The notes: generated from the letters alone by a model not told the origin. Shown: positions 41,301-50,150, numbered from the stretch's first letter. The stretch: DNA of 64,000 nucleotides from a virus (IMGVR_UViG_3300025115_000003:21694-85693), one strand, 5' to 3'. Numbers and translations are program-made.

Positions 41301-44300
41301 CTTTAGTTAATCTTTTTCCAGCTGAATCATAAACAGGTAAATTAAATTCACCTGATGTATTAATCTTATCTAATTTAACAGAAAGTGGAGTAAAAGATAA
41401 AGTTTTAGTTAATGCCTCTATATACTCATCCAAAGATATTTCAACTGGAGCATTAGAACCAGATACAGTTTTAGTAAATTTAACTTTAGTTTTTGAAGGA
41501 TAGTAGTTATAATAAGTTTCATCAGCTGCTACTCCAAATACTAAATTACCGTATTTATCTTTACCAAAGAAACCTTTCTTTCCATCTTTTTTATCTAAGT
41601 ATATTCTTTCTCTTACATTTACAAATTGGTCAAAAAATTCAACTAAATTATTATCTATATCTCTAAGAAAACTTTGATTTTCTAAAGTAGGATTAAGAAA
41701 CGCTCTTGTAACATTAATAATAGATTTAGCTATTTGAGCAGCCTTTAGATTTGTTTTACTATTTATATCTAAGGATGAACTATAAATAGGAACAAATTTA
41801 TCTTCTCCTCTAAATTTAAATAAAGCTAATAGTAAACCATTTGGTATTTCAGGCATAGTTTCTCTTTCAAGAAATGTATTAACACCTGTCATAATAGAAC
41901 CTGACTTAACAATACCAAAAGTATTAATATCAGGCATAGCATCTTTTACATGTTTACGTTCAATAACAGGTCTATTTCTGCTATCTAATACTACTTTTCC
42001 TTTTTCATATCTTACATTCGATTGAGTCCAACCACCTTCAACTCCAGTTAATTTACCATATACTTCTTTACCTTCTGTTAACATATTATAAATATGTTTA
42101 CGTATAGCTTTAGTATTTTTTATTTGATGGGGTAAATTAGGTATAGTCACACCTCCACCTATTGAAACATCTGGAGCAACATTGTTTATTATCCAATCTA
42201 AATTATGAATCCATGTATCTGTATCAATCCACTTTCCATCTTTTTTTAATTGAATTTTAATATGCATTTTATTATTGATATAATTTTCATCTGCATCCTT
42301 TTTAATAGAATCTTCTTCTCTTGGATCAAATACATATCTTAACTCTGAGCCTATTGGAGCAAGTTGTAAATCATATTTTCTATCTATAAGATCATTATCT
42401 ATAGTATGTTTGATTCCTCCTACATCTTCAATATATTTAATACCTACGTATGCAGCAGCAGTTGCTCCATCTATTATTTTATATGGAAAGTCTTTATTAG
42501 TTGGAACTCTTTTACCTTTTATTACTTTAGCTCTTATATAATCATAATGTATATTTTCAGAAACTACTACTGTATCTATACGGTAATCTTCAAATTCTTC
42601 TTCTGGAAAGGATAAGTTTTCTATATCCTGTTTCTTTTTATACGCTTCTTGTAATTTTATTGCTTTTTCGTTATATTTTTTTCTAACTATTTCTTGAGGA
42701 GAAGGTATAAATCTCATCTTTCCATTAACAACTTCTCCCGTTCCTTCTCTTGATTGGTAATAGTGATGGATTAATTCAGCAAGGGATATAGCCTCTTGAA
42801 CATCCTCTGGTGCTATCCATGCTTTTGGATTCCTTAAAATCTCACCTACATGCGATTTTTTAATAGGATTTAATTCAGCTGGACTTATTTGATATTTAGT
42901 AGCTACTTTATTTATTAAAGAAAGTAATCGTGTAATAGCATCCTCCTCTGAAATTAATTCATCCAATTCCTTTTGCATTTCCATCCGCAATTCCACAAGA
43001 CTTTCTTCTAATTCTTCTTTAGGGGATAAACTTGTATCATCAGCTTCAATTGGAGTTTCATCAGTAATAATATCTTCTACGTGTTGAACATTCTTTAGTG
43101 CTCTATCCATAACAAAAGCAGAGCCATCTAAAAAATCATAATATGAAGTAAATATACCTAACACTTGTTGTTTTTGAGCATCAGATAATTTGCTATTTTT
43201 AATAGCATCCATATCATTCTTAACTTTAGCTAATTCTTCTTGGAGCATAGCTAAGTTTTCAGGAGAATTAATATTAGCAGTTTCTTTAATTTTGTTTGCA
43301 AAAATAGTATTAAATTTATTATCTTTAAATAAAGTATATAGAGTATTGCCTTCTACAAGACCACTAGTTAATTTATAATTATAAATATCAATTGGTTCTT
43401 GTGTAGGAGTTTGTTTAGTATTTGATTGCTGAGGATTGGGAGTAGACCCTTTAGGAAAAGATGATGATGAAGGGGGAGAATCCTTATCTGCCTTCGTATC
43501 TGGTTTCACTGCATCATCAATTTCTGGAACTTCTTCTACCACTTCATCCGATTGGGCATCTTCTTTTCCTGTGGGTTTTTTACCCTTTTTAGCATTTTCT
43601 ATTTCTTCTTTATTCCTTTTTTCTTCTGCTAATTTATTCTTACGTAATTCTGCTGCTATTTTTACATTAGGGTCACTTGAAGTTGCAGCAATTTTATCTA
43701 TTTCTTGAGGAGTAGTTGTAATTCCAATTTCCTTAATTATATCAGATACCTTATCTTTATAATCATTTAATACTCTATCTTTGTAACTTTTTAGTTTATC
43801 CTTATCAGAAATAAATTGTTTGTATAAAGCATCTGTAGTATTTAACATACTTGTTGATAAACTTTTATCCCTATTTAAAGCAATAAGAGTAGATTCAACA
43901 GAAGATTGATTATTTAAATAATCCATTAGTGGATTAACTATAGTAGATTCTTGTTGTCCAGAGAAACTTACGTTTAATTCTCCTTTGTCATTAACATTTG
44001 TAGTTATATTTGGTCCCTTATCTTCTGTAGAACTTGGTACATATTTACTTTTAGTGTATTGTTCTATGTCCCTTTTAATTTCATGTGTAAGTAATTCGCT
44101 TTCTTGATTTATTCTTTCTATCCTCTTTGATATTTCTTCTTTGGTTTCATTTGTAGTTTCGCTTCTACTATTAATATTAGGCAAAGATAAATAGTCATTC
44201 ATTGCTTCTCTGACTAATTCTCTATTAATTTTAATTTGCCTATGTTTATCTTTTAAACTTTTTAAAGGGTGATTTGCTTCATCTTTAGTATATTTTTCTT

Positions 44301-45942
44301 CTGCAATACTTATTGCTTCATCAAGTTCTTTTATGTTTTGACGAGATAGTATATTATTAGCTTTTAATCCTAATAGTAATTCTTTAGCTAAAGGGTCATT
44401 TTGATAGCCTATAGATAAATCATTATATGCTGATTCATAATCTAGAGCTAAAGTTTTATACAATTCAGCTTTTTCTTTATAATCATTTCCAAATCCTAAT
44501 TTGGCAGCATCTTCTTTAGACGCTTTGCTTATACCATCTAATATATTAATAACATTTTCAGTAGTACCTGTCTCAAAGGCAGGTCTAACAATAGTATTTA
44601 AAAAGTCTAATTTATTAGCTTGTTCAAATTTTTCAGGATTAAGTAATGTTTCTGCTTGTGTTCTTAATTGTTCATAAGACTTTTTTCTTGCCCCAGTTGA
44701 TAATATGTGAGATATAGTTTGCATACCTGCTCCACCTATAAAACCAGACAGACCTTCTGTTAATCCTTCGTATGAACCTACATGTTCTAAATATCTAATT
44801 ACTCCTGGTCTATAATCTTGATTAGTTCCAGTAGCTATATCTGTATTTCTTCTTGCTTCATTTTCGATAAAGCCTGTATTTACTTCTTGTAAATATTCTG
44901 ATATACCAGATTTAAGAAAATCTTGTCCTGCAACTTTAGCTTTAAATAAAGGGCTCATTCGAGCAGCTTTAGCCATATCTTCAGTTAATGCTCCAACTGC
45001 CTTAGGAGAAAATGCTCTACTTCCCCCCATATATTTAAATAAAGTAATATATTCTACTAATTCAAGAGGAATATTAAATTTACCTCTCTTTACTACTTGT
45101 TCTGCTAAATCAGCAGCTTCTTTCATAGATTGAGTATATGCTGAATTATTTAATTCAGAAGTTAATCTATTATACTCATTTGTATCTATTAAACCTGCGT
45201 CTAATTTCGCATTTAATGTTTCTAAACCTTTGGTTACTTTATCCGCAAATAATTTTTCTTTACTTTCTGCAAAAGTTTCTACAGCACTTCTCATATGCTC
45301 ATTATAATTCATGGCAGTAACAGACAGTAAGGGAGCAGCTATATTACGAGCTTTAGTTGCAGCTAATGTTTCTCCTAATATTGCTTCAAATAATCTACTA
45401 CCTTTTAACATAGAATGTGCTACTTTAGTTCCTACCATACCAGGAACAAAATAACCTAAGCTCTTTAGTATTTGATCTCCATTCTTTAAAAACCAATCAG
45501 AAGAACCTATTGTTGGTTTATCATCTTTTGTATAAATAGGTAAAGCTCTATCTAATGATTCTTCTTGTTTAATTAACCAATTATTAAAAGCATTACCGTA
45601 TTCTGTTTCTACTTCATTTACAGAAGTAAACATTTGCTCAAAGTCTAATAGGTAACCAAACGGTTCAACTACAGAAATACCAGCTTTAGCTATACCTCTT
45701 GTGAGCATATTACCTAATTTATCTACATTAGGTTGTTGTTCTGCTCTATTTTCTAACAACATTCTATATTCTTCTGATTCAGTAAATCCAACAGAGGGTA
45801 TATATCCTCTATCATATCTACTAAAATCATCAACCCTGATAGACCTTGCCAGTCTATCAGGATCACCCAATTTAAAATTCTTATCTTTTAATTCATCGGC
45901 TTGTTCTTTTAACTTACCGATATTTAATTTTAAATCTGACAT
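32302..45942 (-). CDS. virion-packaged DNA-dependent RNA polymerase fusion protein (4546 aa)
   Basis: Double-psi beta-barrel catalytic motif GSDFDIDK (~37108-37125) and RIPNQ, as in crAss-like vRNAPs; C-terminal HETNH zincin, DUF4326-like and SLOG-like domains. Confidence 0.9.
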   Translation of the reverse strand: MSDLKLNIGKLKEQADELKDKNFKLGDPDRLARSIRVDDFSRYDRGYIPSVGFTESEEYRMLLENRAEQQPNVDKLGNMLTRGIAKAGISVVEPFGYLLDFEQMFTSVNEVETEYGNAFNNWLIKQEESLDRALPIYTKDDKPTIGSSDWFLKNGDQILKSLGYFVPGMVGTKVAHSMLKGSRLFEAILGETLAATKARNIAAPLLSVTAMNYNEHMRSAVETFAESKEKLFADKVTKGLETLNAKLDAGLIDTNEYNRLTSELNNSAYTQSMKEAADLAEQVVKRGKFNIPLELVEYITLFKYMGGSRAFSPKAVGALTEDMAKAARMSPLFKAKVAGQDFLKSGISEYLQEVNTGFIENEARRNTDIATGTNQDYRPGVIRYLEHVGSYEGLTEGLSGFIGGAGMQTISHILSTGARKKSYEQLRTQAETLLNPEKFEQANKLDFLNTIVRPAFETGTTENVINILDGISKASKEDAAKLGFGNDYKEKAELYKTLALDYESAYNDLSIGYQNDPLAKELLLGLKANNILSRQNIKELDEAISIAEEKYTKDEANHPLKSLKDKHRQIKINRELVREAMNDYLSLPNINSRSETTNETKEEISKRIERINQESELLTHEIKRDIEQYTKSKYVPSSTEDKGPNITTNVNDKGELNVSFSGQQESTIVNPLMDYLNNQSSVESTLIALNRDKSLSTSMLNTTDALYKQFISDKDKLKSYKDRVLNDYKDKVSDIIKEIGITTTPQEIDKIAATSSDPNVKIAAELRKNKLAEEKRNKEEIENAKKGKKPTGKEDAQSDEVVEEVPEIDDAVKPDTKADKDSPPSSSSFPKGSTPNPQQSNTKQTPTQEPIDIYNYKLTSGLVEGNTLYTLFKDNKFNTIFANKIKETANINSPENLAMLQEELAKVKNDMDAIKNSKLSDAQKQQVLGIFTSYYDFLDGSAFVMDRALKNVQHVEDIITDETPIEADDTSLSPKEELEESLVELRMEMQKELDELISEEDAITRLLSLINKVATKYQISPAELNPIKKSHVGEILRNPKAWIAPEDVQEAISLAELIHHYYQSREGTGEVVNGKMRFIPSPQEIVRKKYNEKAIKLQEAYKKKQDIENLSFPEEEFEDYRIDTVVVSENIHYDYIRAKVIKGKRVPTNKDFPYKIIDGATAAAYVGIKYIEDVGGIKHTIDNDLIDRKYDLQLAPIGSELRYVFDPREEDSIKKDADENYINNKMHIKIQLKKDGKWIDTDTWIHNLDWIINNVAPDVSIGGGVTIPNLPHQIKNTKAIRKHIYNMLTEGKEVYGKLTGVEGGWTQSNVRYEKGKVVLDSRNRPVIERKHVKDAMPDINTFGIVKSGSIMTGVNTFLERETMPEIPNGLLLALFKFRGEDKFVPIYSSSLDINSKTNLKAAQIAKSIINVTRAFLNPTLENQSFLRDIDNNLVEFFDQFVNVRERIYLDKKDGKKGFFGKDKYGNLVFGVAADETYYNYYPSKTKVKFTKTVSGSNAPVEISLDEYIEALTKTLSFTPLSVKLDKINTSGEFNLPVYDSAGKRLTKAYSYPRYNDFIKDVLTTTINGTLKYESSRIPLAQFETQFRIDGLETPGVLEDYFGEYEVSDTVVEVIDTKEVEDTHKPLFDEDDSSYSIAFTPGEVNYDSTEFGIIQQNYLTDVFNSLSEQEDVVNYLFGRVIDNILNKDANVDNNNLSKSIESIRTLLEEVFDIIKEADINNLTEKQEPYLALLGINTQERLDSSIDAFNRILPNYDRVVKYLYDLAKDRGMVNEEDLIAGEEDNMYERIKYSPHLEATIDPRLHSGKFRLMLSTVNQLDFNEDGKVVSKRNSLGFKVPADIDYLYDHLLIDIAGQATNLDEAIAILEDRAKVKPVYLNVINKLKSLKSTDSATSFKTLFVNNIIQSRNDSIKTLRYPVYYDEELVGYRYVNSELSATNGYKGVIAQWVEGIKSSNLINYTTVDGIDIPSINSALVEEVATEFRTYYKEQKELYDLQDKAKRPKTAFTSDEYLNKILGSLSKLGLNIDLDSFKTFIDSKKAQIQNKSSNSVWNANILYPYYKNNTIASFLGELLRTLEDATVINEPFIDNKFNFSGTLYDQYIVPLSKQFYRNNSVVYSLSTRNSNNDNIWTVRKYNRLSSIIAQIKQSDSTLLNQLLQTSISKFSPFLRSLQSDRGQNLTFNLHYFDALTLSKMAGIDATVLERGGAVNTSQNTMALNLFQNQGYRNAYMIGITYGDSSQTPVFEITRPKAINNLVTGIKINESGELELSPELIDYAFNYVKGEYKRIIRFRSKIQSTKSQTYNKGAERFILHGWLDYQNLKPRIGTSFISQQEYDILYTNDVLNINRDTINVIKKLLRRHLTQLVTSTELDFINSGTITVQNGYLRSKYMDNRYLAKVTKATSYFGNRLYKYAIADFALNNYFFNIDQHLLTVNDPAHFTKAQGEIIDYSATAEAMQKRLKSALTPYAVGNLSGQYNRIVVNDPDYNSTIEELKKRGYKNITSTDGFEWLEDTEYFKILLSYDVITKSQYDKVMERIAKDPDNYKISDLDIPIQVLKPISFTNVYSSTEDTIYPDLTKSSYFGLLPQVVKGSPKLVAIRQFMKDNNIQRLSYSSAVKVKDNAVFPLYERGNINENLNNLDASDYISIHDRQFDGLNTISPHSKTKILTVTQVNRGLFSGLRRVEGFEYNGNTYTGEELELEKEWIRKRLFDLGIESLQEKLGITIDKFTDEFIFTDLNKIKNILLEEANSRQWETESIKALKLDQESKTFVLPFIYNSELHRIESLLYSIINKQLVKHKIPGNSWVQIPGIDFQPVDIQTDINNYTESIIPVAGVDLSKGLSFVKKDGKVVKPAQIIVTWNFKDNYGKDLDIGMFMTTDENGKVTIDINKLPKELLEGIGFRIPNQDHGNMLPFEIVGFLPKSIKDTVIVPSEIVYQMGSDFDIDKLYSYLKEYYYNPLDRSLAIVKEDETELNDTWEKIELSIKLNVEQRDKASQELNDLVATEINKDSNTYKILSKYNKIKGEIDYISNRKPNTEEELVQIEAELDQLFIKLDNIQLQISNLKDGKIVRFSQLTERLTEQIKSLASKKWELVSIRDRKFTERNKLINNYIDIHKSVLLNPEVYDKMTTSIDFADIYEEAKDYIPVKYRDINSWIYQRDSYISQQSGADLISVYANYNTLYAIFEGKEDIRLTKENANGDIVNDDIRIFEGLKLSKLSDIGISEYDGQERTTSNNLVMLMNAVIDNANNPIAGYININEMTAGASILLSILKDSDNNALNITQILAYINQPVIKHIVGQAFSLKNDSPRLTNHKAKQLAIAAVKDRYVDLLKQIPIPEDIQKKTTFTVDELKANREWKDDYNYITQQLVILDSFAKIENYFEELDKIRKVTLTLSKEGLGKNYSGIIYQDMLSSSMQDYNYINPNFKNINSIFFNTKREGKDGKDYGLYTEYGHYIFNSIRLGRATSSVLGFDSYVVESVMANLKSFYESDILSQDKFNKVLTFIRQYAYSGNSNLYDEPVNRLRVRLMYNKNNKSLVDRITELLQNPKYKNNAFLNTLRLNKSVQYPFFDTINHNFGSKLGLDRRTIVNSLNNLLLDEDANVRKVAQDIVKYTFVLGQPVNANYRNDISFEYLESIGFFDVLRTTELDPNHIFKAYIQHNPDQTPDIKLNKIDPKLKIVDSFGTVTDFTYSTTNIPPLFFHTTSTETITSNNISKEYTVTHLYQLQAGVINGKDSNFYKYKKIPVLGGFNIDGLNFVEANAISPDSLSIIGLNNMGVKANQPQVIKTETEEKPNKQQSFVNLFLEKPTLKAALDKVKSNNRVNAHNRQLATIYSRVLERRDIDVPITIDNDMNVKGRFNSKGIQINLAKHSTGKMSIDDKIMTLLHETNHAILRKTLVNWDIDRKLNSAEENVLVTRIDNIRKWIISELKASDRYFDRNLKAAENYLSTIHKIEKGEDVILPKLTATQFQYINLLSNTEFVAKALEGGTFSEILNNIIRKEGSILDEIKEIAKEIVRRVLAVFNIKVNPNSALEATISAAFDLILVNLEPKVNTESKFENTQEGNTPKSEAEEIYSKLGNKTVSKNVRIENWSSLKDQTSPFTNAYGIIVHIISTRIKNSNKHFGNPFSHDPAGKTQGLIKTENIKEAVEKYIDWVINSQDTRAEWIREKLKSGELKDKSILYYKELGEPSHATALDYLINKYDWNNQQDTKDIDFQEDQSTGYKERTVKNASADATIAFAYNFNSAGEKLTKKSVLEQNKKYIALNVPKKTETSNIETANFKTQVKTIVDALNSVNAKTLNIAGNGIYTMKDAGWNQEEIDLMTYKILKEVIESPDLKNKIENIRTGGQTGFDEAGAKAGMRLGIPTTILAPKGWTFRNIEGKDISNEQQFKDRFVTKSQSSSTQSSQLDLFSEFNIDDSNQLNLFSNNIPRNHKYRPVPFLIAYRYYQEYKLLNNEGKLKKIPYKNAVNWASILNQGNKYKFKFGVRPVQNGLFNVVLLNTDPNSVDNLYTDDGNIVSDFGITQSMWNEMSTAEKETFLKCN

Positions 45943-45945
45943 ATG

Positions 45946-47832
45946 TTATTGTTCTTCTGCTAATTTATTAAATGCGTCATGTACCGAACTCATTGTTTTC
46001 CTCCTTGCATCTTCTTCACCTAACCCTTGATATAAAATATCACTTACAGCAATAAGTAAATCATCTTTTGGAACATCGTTTAAGGCAATAGATTTATTTT
46101 GTCTATAAGCTAAATCATAATTTCCATTATCGTTAACTGTAAAGTCTATCATATATTCAGGAATGTTCTTAAATATAGTACCAGGATTTCCTCTTGATGT
46201 TCTTAAAGCATTTAAAATTTCTCCCGTTACATCTTCGATATTATGCTCATCAAATGAATCTGATACACCAATAGTTCTTGTTCCAAAGTTAAATAATTTA
46301 GTACGGTTAAATTCTAATTTACCTGTCATTGGAGCAATAGGACTGTACATAGATTCTCCTAAGTAATTGGGAATAATAGCACCTGTATTAGAACTACCGT
46401 CTGCTTTACCAATCTCTTTGATATATTCTACCATTTCCTCTTTATCAAGTACTCTTCCATTGGTAAAATCAAAGAAATTAGCATTTGGCATAGAAGTCAA
46501 TATGTTATCATATCTAATTCCACTTGTAGAAGCACCTGCACCAAAAGTATTATCTATTATCGCTTTTGATGCTTTATCATCCTCAACTTTATTATAACTA
46601 ACTGCTGATATGGTTCTTCCATATATATTCTTGTATGCATCTAATATTTTTTCTCTACTGCTCCTTTGCTCTTTAGCAGATAATTCATTGAATAATTTAC
46701 CTGTAACAACTTGAGAAGCATAATCAATCATATGTTTATTAGGATTGCTATCTTCTAATGTAACTTTATCATCTACAACTCTACCCATTCTCATACTTCT
46801 TGATACTGTATTTACAGCACGAGTTAGTTTACTTGGTGTAATATCTTTACTTATATCAACACCTTCGTCTAATACTGGAGCAACCCCTTCTGAAGTACCT
46901 TTTTGTTTAGCTGCTTGTTTTCTATATTCTGCACCAAACATTCTTGCTTGTTGTTGTCCTGAACCTGCTTGATAACGAGTATTATCGTGATAGAAAGAAC
47001 CTGCTTGTTTATAAGGAGCAACTAAATCTTGAATTAACTGACTTGGAGATATACCTGTAATCTTAGCACGATCGTTAATATAATCCATTGCTTCTTTATC
47101 AGTACCTAACATACCAAGTAAAGCACTACCTATTTTTTCAGGAGTTCTGTACTCTACTCCGCCCTGTCTTATATATTTAACATAGGGTGTTTCTTCTAAT
47201 GCTTCTTCTTCTGTAAGATTAGGATATACTTCTACACCCGCTGCTTCATTAAATTCTTTTTTAGTTAAATATTCTATATTTGGTATTCCATCAGCAGTCT
47301 TAGTAGATTGAATTTGCGACATCATTTTCATAAGTCTATCAGGAATATTTACCATTTTTGCAGGCATTTCAAATTCATCATAAGTGTTTACATATGCTCC
47401 AGTTTCATGGTCAGCTTGAGTAGGTTTAAATGCTTGATTATAATAATGAGTATATTGATCTCTATCAAATTGTCCTGATAAGAAACCTTCATGTACCTGT
47501 TGCTTTTTAGCTTTATATTCTGCATTCCTTTGAATAGCTGCCCTTAAAGCAGGATTACTTGTAAAATCTCTGACCATTCGATTTAATTTACCTTCCATAT
47601 ATCCATCATTTGATTTAGATATATCTTCAATGCCAGATAATAATTGTTGACGAGTTTCATTAACAATACCATTATCTTGAACATTAATATCAAAAGTTGA
47701 TAGAGCCTGGTCTAAACCTTGATAGGTACTAACAATTCTTCTATTGTTATTATCTAAAGTTTCAAGCATTTTACCAATTCGCTCAATAGGTCTTGGTATA
47801 TGCGTTGGCTTATAAACCCCAAAATTTAACAT
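45946..47832 (-). CDS. virion cargo (ejected) protein (628 aa)
   Basis: Directly upstream of the vRNAP, as in crAss-like phages; helical. Confidence 0.7.
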   Translation of the reverse strand: MLNFGVYKPTHIPRPIERIGKMLETLDNNNRRIVSTYQGLDQALSTFDINVQDNGIVNETRQQLLSGIEDISKSNDGYMEGKLNRMVRDFTSNPALRAAIQRNAEYKAKKQQVHEGFLSGQFDRDQYTHYYNQAFKPTQADHETGAYVNTYDEFEMPAKMVNIPDRLMKMMSQIQSTKTADGIPNIEYLTKKEFNEAAGVEVYPNLTEEEALEETPYVKYIRQGGVEYRTPEKIGSALLGMLGTDKEAMDYINDRAKITGISPSQLIQDLVAPYKQAGSFYHDNTRYQAGSGQQQARMFGAEYRKQAAKQKGTSEGVAPVLDEGVDISKDITPSKLTRAVNTVSRSMRMGRVVDDKVTLEDSNPNKHMIDYASQVVTGKLFNELSAKEQRSSREKILDAYKNIYGRTISAVSYNKVEDDKASKAIIDNTFGAGASTSGIRYDNILTSMPNANFFDFTNGRVLDKEEMVEYIKEIGKADGSSNTGAIIPNYLGESMYSPIAPMTGKLEFNRTKLFNFGTRTIGVSDSFDEHNIEDVTGEILNALRTSRGNPGTIFKNIPEYMIDFTVNDNGNYDLAYRQNKSIALNDVPKDDLLIAVSDILYQGLGEEDARRKTMSSVHDAFNKLAEEQ

Positions 47833-47877
47833 ATATAATCATTATTAAATTGTACAAAAAAGCAAGCAGATAAGACA

Positions 47878-47909
47878 CAAATGTAAAAAAATTAAATTTA
47901 ATAAACAAG
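47878..47909 (-). promoter_or_regulatory. Bacteroidota primary-sigma promoter for the cargo/vRNAP genes
   Basis: On the - strand: CTTG (47909-47906), 20-nt spacer, TACATTTG (47885-47878). Confidence 0.7.
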
Positions 47910-47936
47910 TATTTTGATAAAAAAGTTTTCATATTT

Positions 47937-50150
47937 TTAATCTTTTATTAATTCATTTAAAGTTCTCTTCATTACCAGATTACTTAACCTTTGTAACTCT
48001 TCAACAGATTCATTACCAGTTATTTTAATTCCATAAGAAGCACCTAATGCTTTTAAGGACTCAATATCCATTGATCGAGCAGTATTTCTATCAATAAAAC
48101 CTTGTGCAGTCTTAACGCTTGAATCAGTTAACCTATTTATCATATCTAATTTAGTAAGTTTATCTGTATACCCTTCTGAATTATTTATGTTTCTATATTG
48201 TGTAGCTAATTGATTGTTTTGATTCAAGATGGCAATATTTTCCATTTCTTTTTTCCTTTGCCTTTCAATTTCTTGAGCATAACTTTTACCCATAATTTGT
48301 GAACCTCTTGCTACTGCTTCTCCTAATCTATTCAATGCTGAATTAGCATCTGAACTATTTCTTAATATACCTCTGTTTAAAGTACCCATTGCTCCTCTAA
48401 TATCACTTCTTTGTTCTTCAAATAAAGGAGAATTAATTTTAGTATCTTGTAGTATTACATCGGGAGTTTCTAACATAGGTCTTTTAGTTCCATAGGCATC
48501 TGTTGCAGTAATAACATTACTTAATATTTGAGCACCTGCTAAACCTTTTTCTATATTATCTTGTGTAAACATATTATCTTGTACAAACTTATTGGATTCA
48601 AAAACATTGTTAGCTTTAGTTACCATCTCTTGAGAAGAAAGGTTATTTTTCCTAAGGTTAAATTCAGTAGGTTTATCTCTATTTATCTTAGACATTTTAG
48701 GCATTAAAGGAAGTGCTGTGCCTCGATTAATATCTCTTTTTATTATAGGTTTGTTAGTAGTAGTAGACTTTACAGAAGTAGTTTTGGTGAGAGGGCTTGT
48801 AGTATAATTACCATTATTAGGAATATATATATTAGGATTAGATATTATATTAGGATTAGATATTACATTAGGTATAGGTTCTACAGGAATAGCACTACCA
48901 TATCCAAATCTATTAAGTTGTTCAGGAGTATAATATCCAACTGGTAAACCTTCTACTCTCAAGTCCACCATTCTTTTTCTTTTATCATCCCCTACCCAAC
49001 CTGTATTAGCATTTGTTCTACTCTGTTGAGTTTCAATTGCTCTCATTCCAAATACATCATTAAGTTTTTGAGGATTAAAGCCTTTAGCTAATAGATTTTT
49101 ATATTTATCAACTTCTCCTAAATCATCACTAATAACTACAGGTGTTCCATCAGACATTCTGACAACTAATTCATTGTGATCTATATTGACAGGTTGACCA
49201 TCTATGTTAGCATCTATGGTATCTGTTCCCTTTTTATTAGTTTTAACCTGCATAGTATTTGGAGCAATTGGTATTTCTTTAGCAGAAGTTGCTATACCTG
49301 GAATACCACCTTTCGATAAATTAATATTTGAAGGCATGAAATCAAAATTACGATTATCTAATCGTCTAATTTTTTCTTTGTTAATTAACTCCTTTGTTGA
49401 CCTTGTTAAAGTAGGATTATCTGATTTTCTTGTATCTATTTCATCAACTATAATATCTACTAAGCCTAATCCTAAATCAACTAAAGGTATATTACCAGGA
49501 GCTTTAGTTTTCATACCTAATGCTTCCTTCATATCTGGAGATAATTTAGTTACAGATTTAATAGCTTTGTATGGATTTAACTGCGAAACAACTTTACCTG
49601 TAGTATTAATACTTGGCCCAGCAGCTTGCATTGCTTTAGAAGTTCCTATGCGAGCAGCTTTTATAAATTTAGGTACTGTTCCCGCCTTGTCAGATAAATT
49701 AATATAAGGAGTAGATTTATTTGTCATAGCAGTTCCAACTTTTTGTAAACCTTTTCCTACTGCATAGGGTACTCCTGTCACAGTAGCACCAATTCCAGCA
49801 GCACCTAACCATTGCTCTAAAGTAGTTAAAGGTTCATCTTCTTCAATTATAGGACTACCACCTTTTGAAAAATAAGTAAATAATTTATTACCATCTTCAT
49901 TATATGTCCTACCTCTATTGATCATATTTAATCTTTTAACTTTAGCATTTTCTTCCTCTAATCTTTTTTGTTCTTCTTGTTCAGCTTGATGTTGCATAAC
50001 ACCTGTTACTAAACCTATTCCAGCACCAGCAGCTGTTCCCCAAGGCCCAAGTGTACTACCTGTAGCAGCCATAGAAACAGTATTGTTTACAATACCACCT
50101 ACTGATAACTTAGGAATAGATTTACCAATTCTTCTTACATTACATTTCAT
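47937..50150 (-). CDS. virion cargo protein 1-like (737 aa) with N-terminal glycine-zipper membrane segment
   Basis: GSTLGPWGTAAGAGIGLVTG; lies immediately after the muzzle gene. Confidence 0.7.
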   Translation of the reverse strand: MKCNVRRIGKSIPKLSVGGIVNNTVSMAATGSTLGPWGTAAGAGIGLVTGVMQHQAEQEEQKRLEEENAKVKRLNMINRGRTYNEDGNKLFTYFSKGGSPIIEEDEPLTTLEQWLGAAGIGATVTGVPYAVGKGLQKVGTAMTNKSTPYINLSDKAGTVPKFIKAARIGTSKAMQAAGPSINTTGKVVSQLNPYKAIKSVTKLSPDMKEALGMKTKAPGNIPLVDLGLGLVDIIVDEIDTRKSDNPTLTRSTKELINKEKIRRLDNRNFDFMPSNINLSKGGIPGIATSAKEIPIAPNTMQVKTNKKGTDTIDANIDGQPVNIDHNELVVRMSDGTPVVISDDLGEVDKYKNLLAKGFNPQKLNDVFGMRAIETQQSRTNANTGWVGDDKRKRMVDLRVEGLPVGYYTPEQLNRFGYGSAIPVEPIPNVISNPNIISNPNIYIPNNGNYTTSPLTKTTSVKSTTTNKPIIKRDINRGTALPLMPKMSKINRDKPTEFNLRKNNLSSQEMVTKANNVFESNKFVQDNMFTQDNIEKGLAGAQILSNVITATDAYGTKRPMLETPDVILQDTKINSPLFEEQRSDIRGAMGTLNRGILRNSSDANSALNRLGEAVARGSQIMGKSYAQEIERQRKKEMENIAILNQNNQLATQYRNINNSEGYTDKLTKLDMINRLTDSSVKTAQGFIDRNTARSMDIESLKALGASYGIKITGNESVEELQRLSNLVMKRTLNELIKD

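Noticed and set aside
48828-48872. 18-bp tandem repeat (PNIISN) in the 737-aa cargo gene
   Set aside because: Ordinary low-complexity linker slippage.
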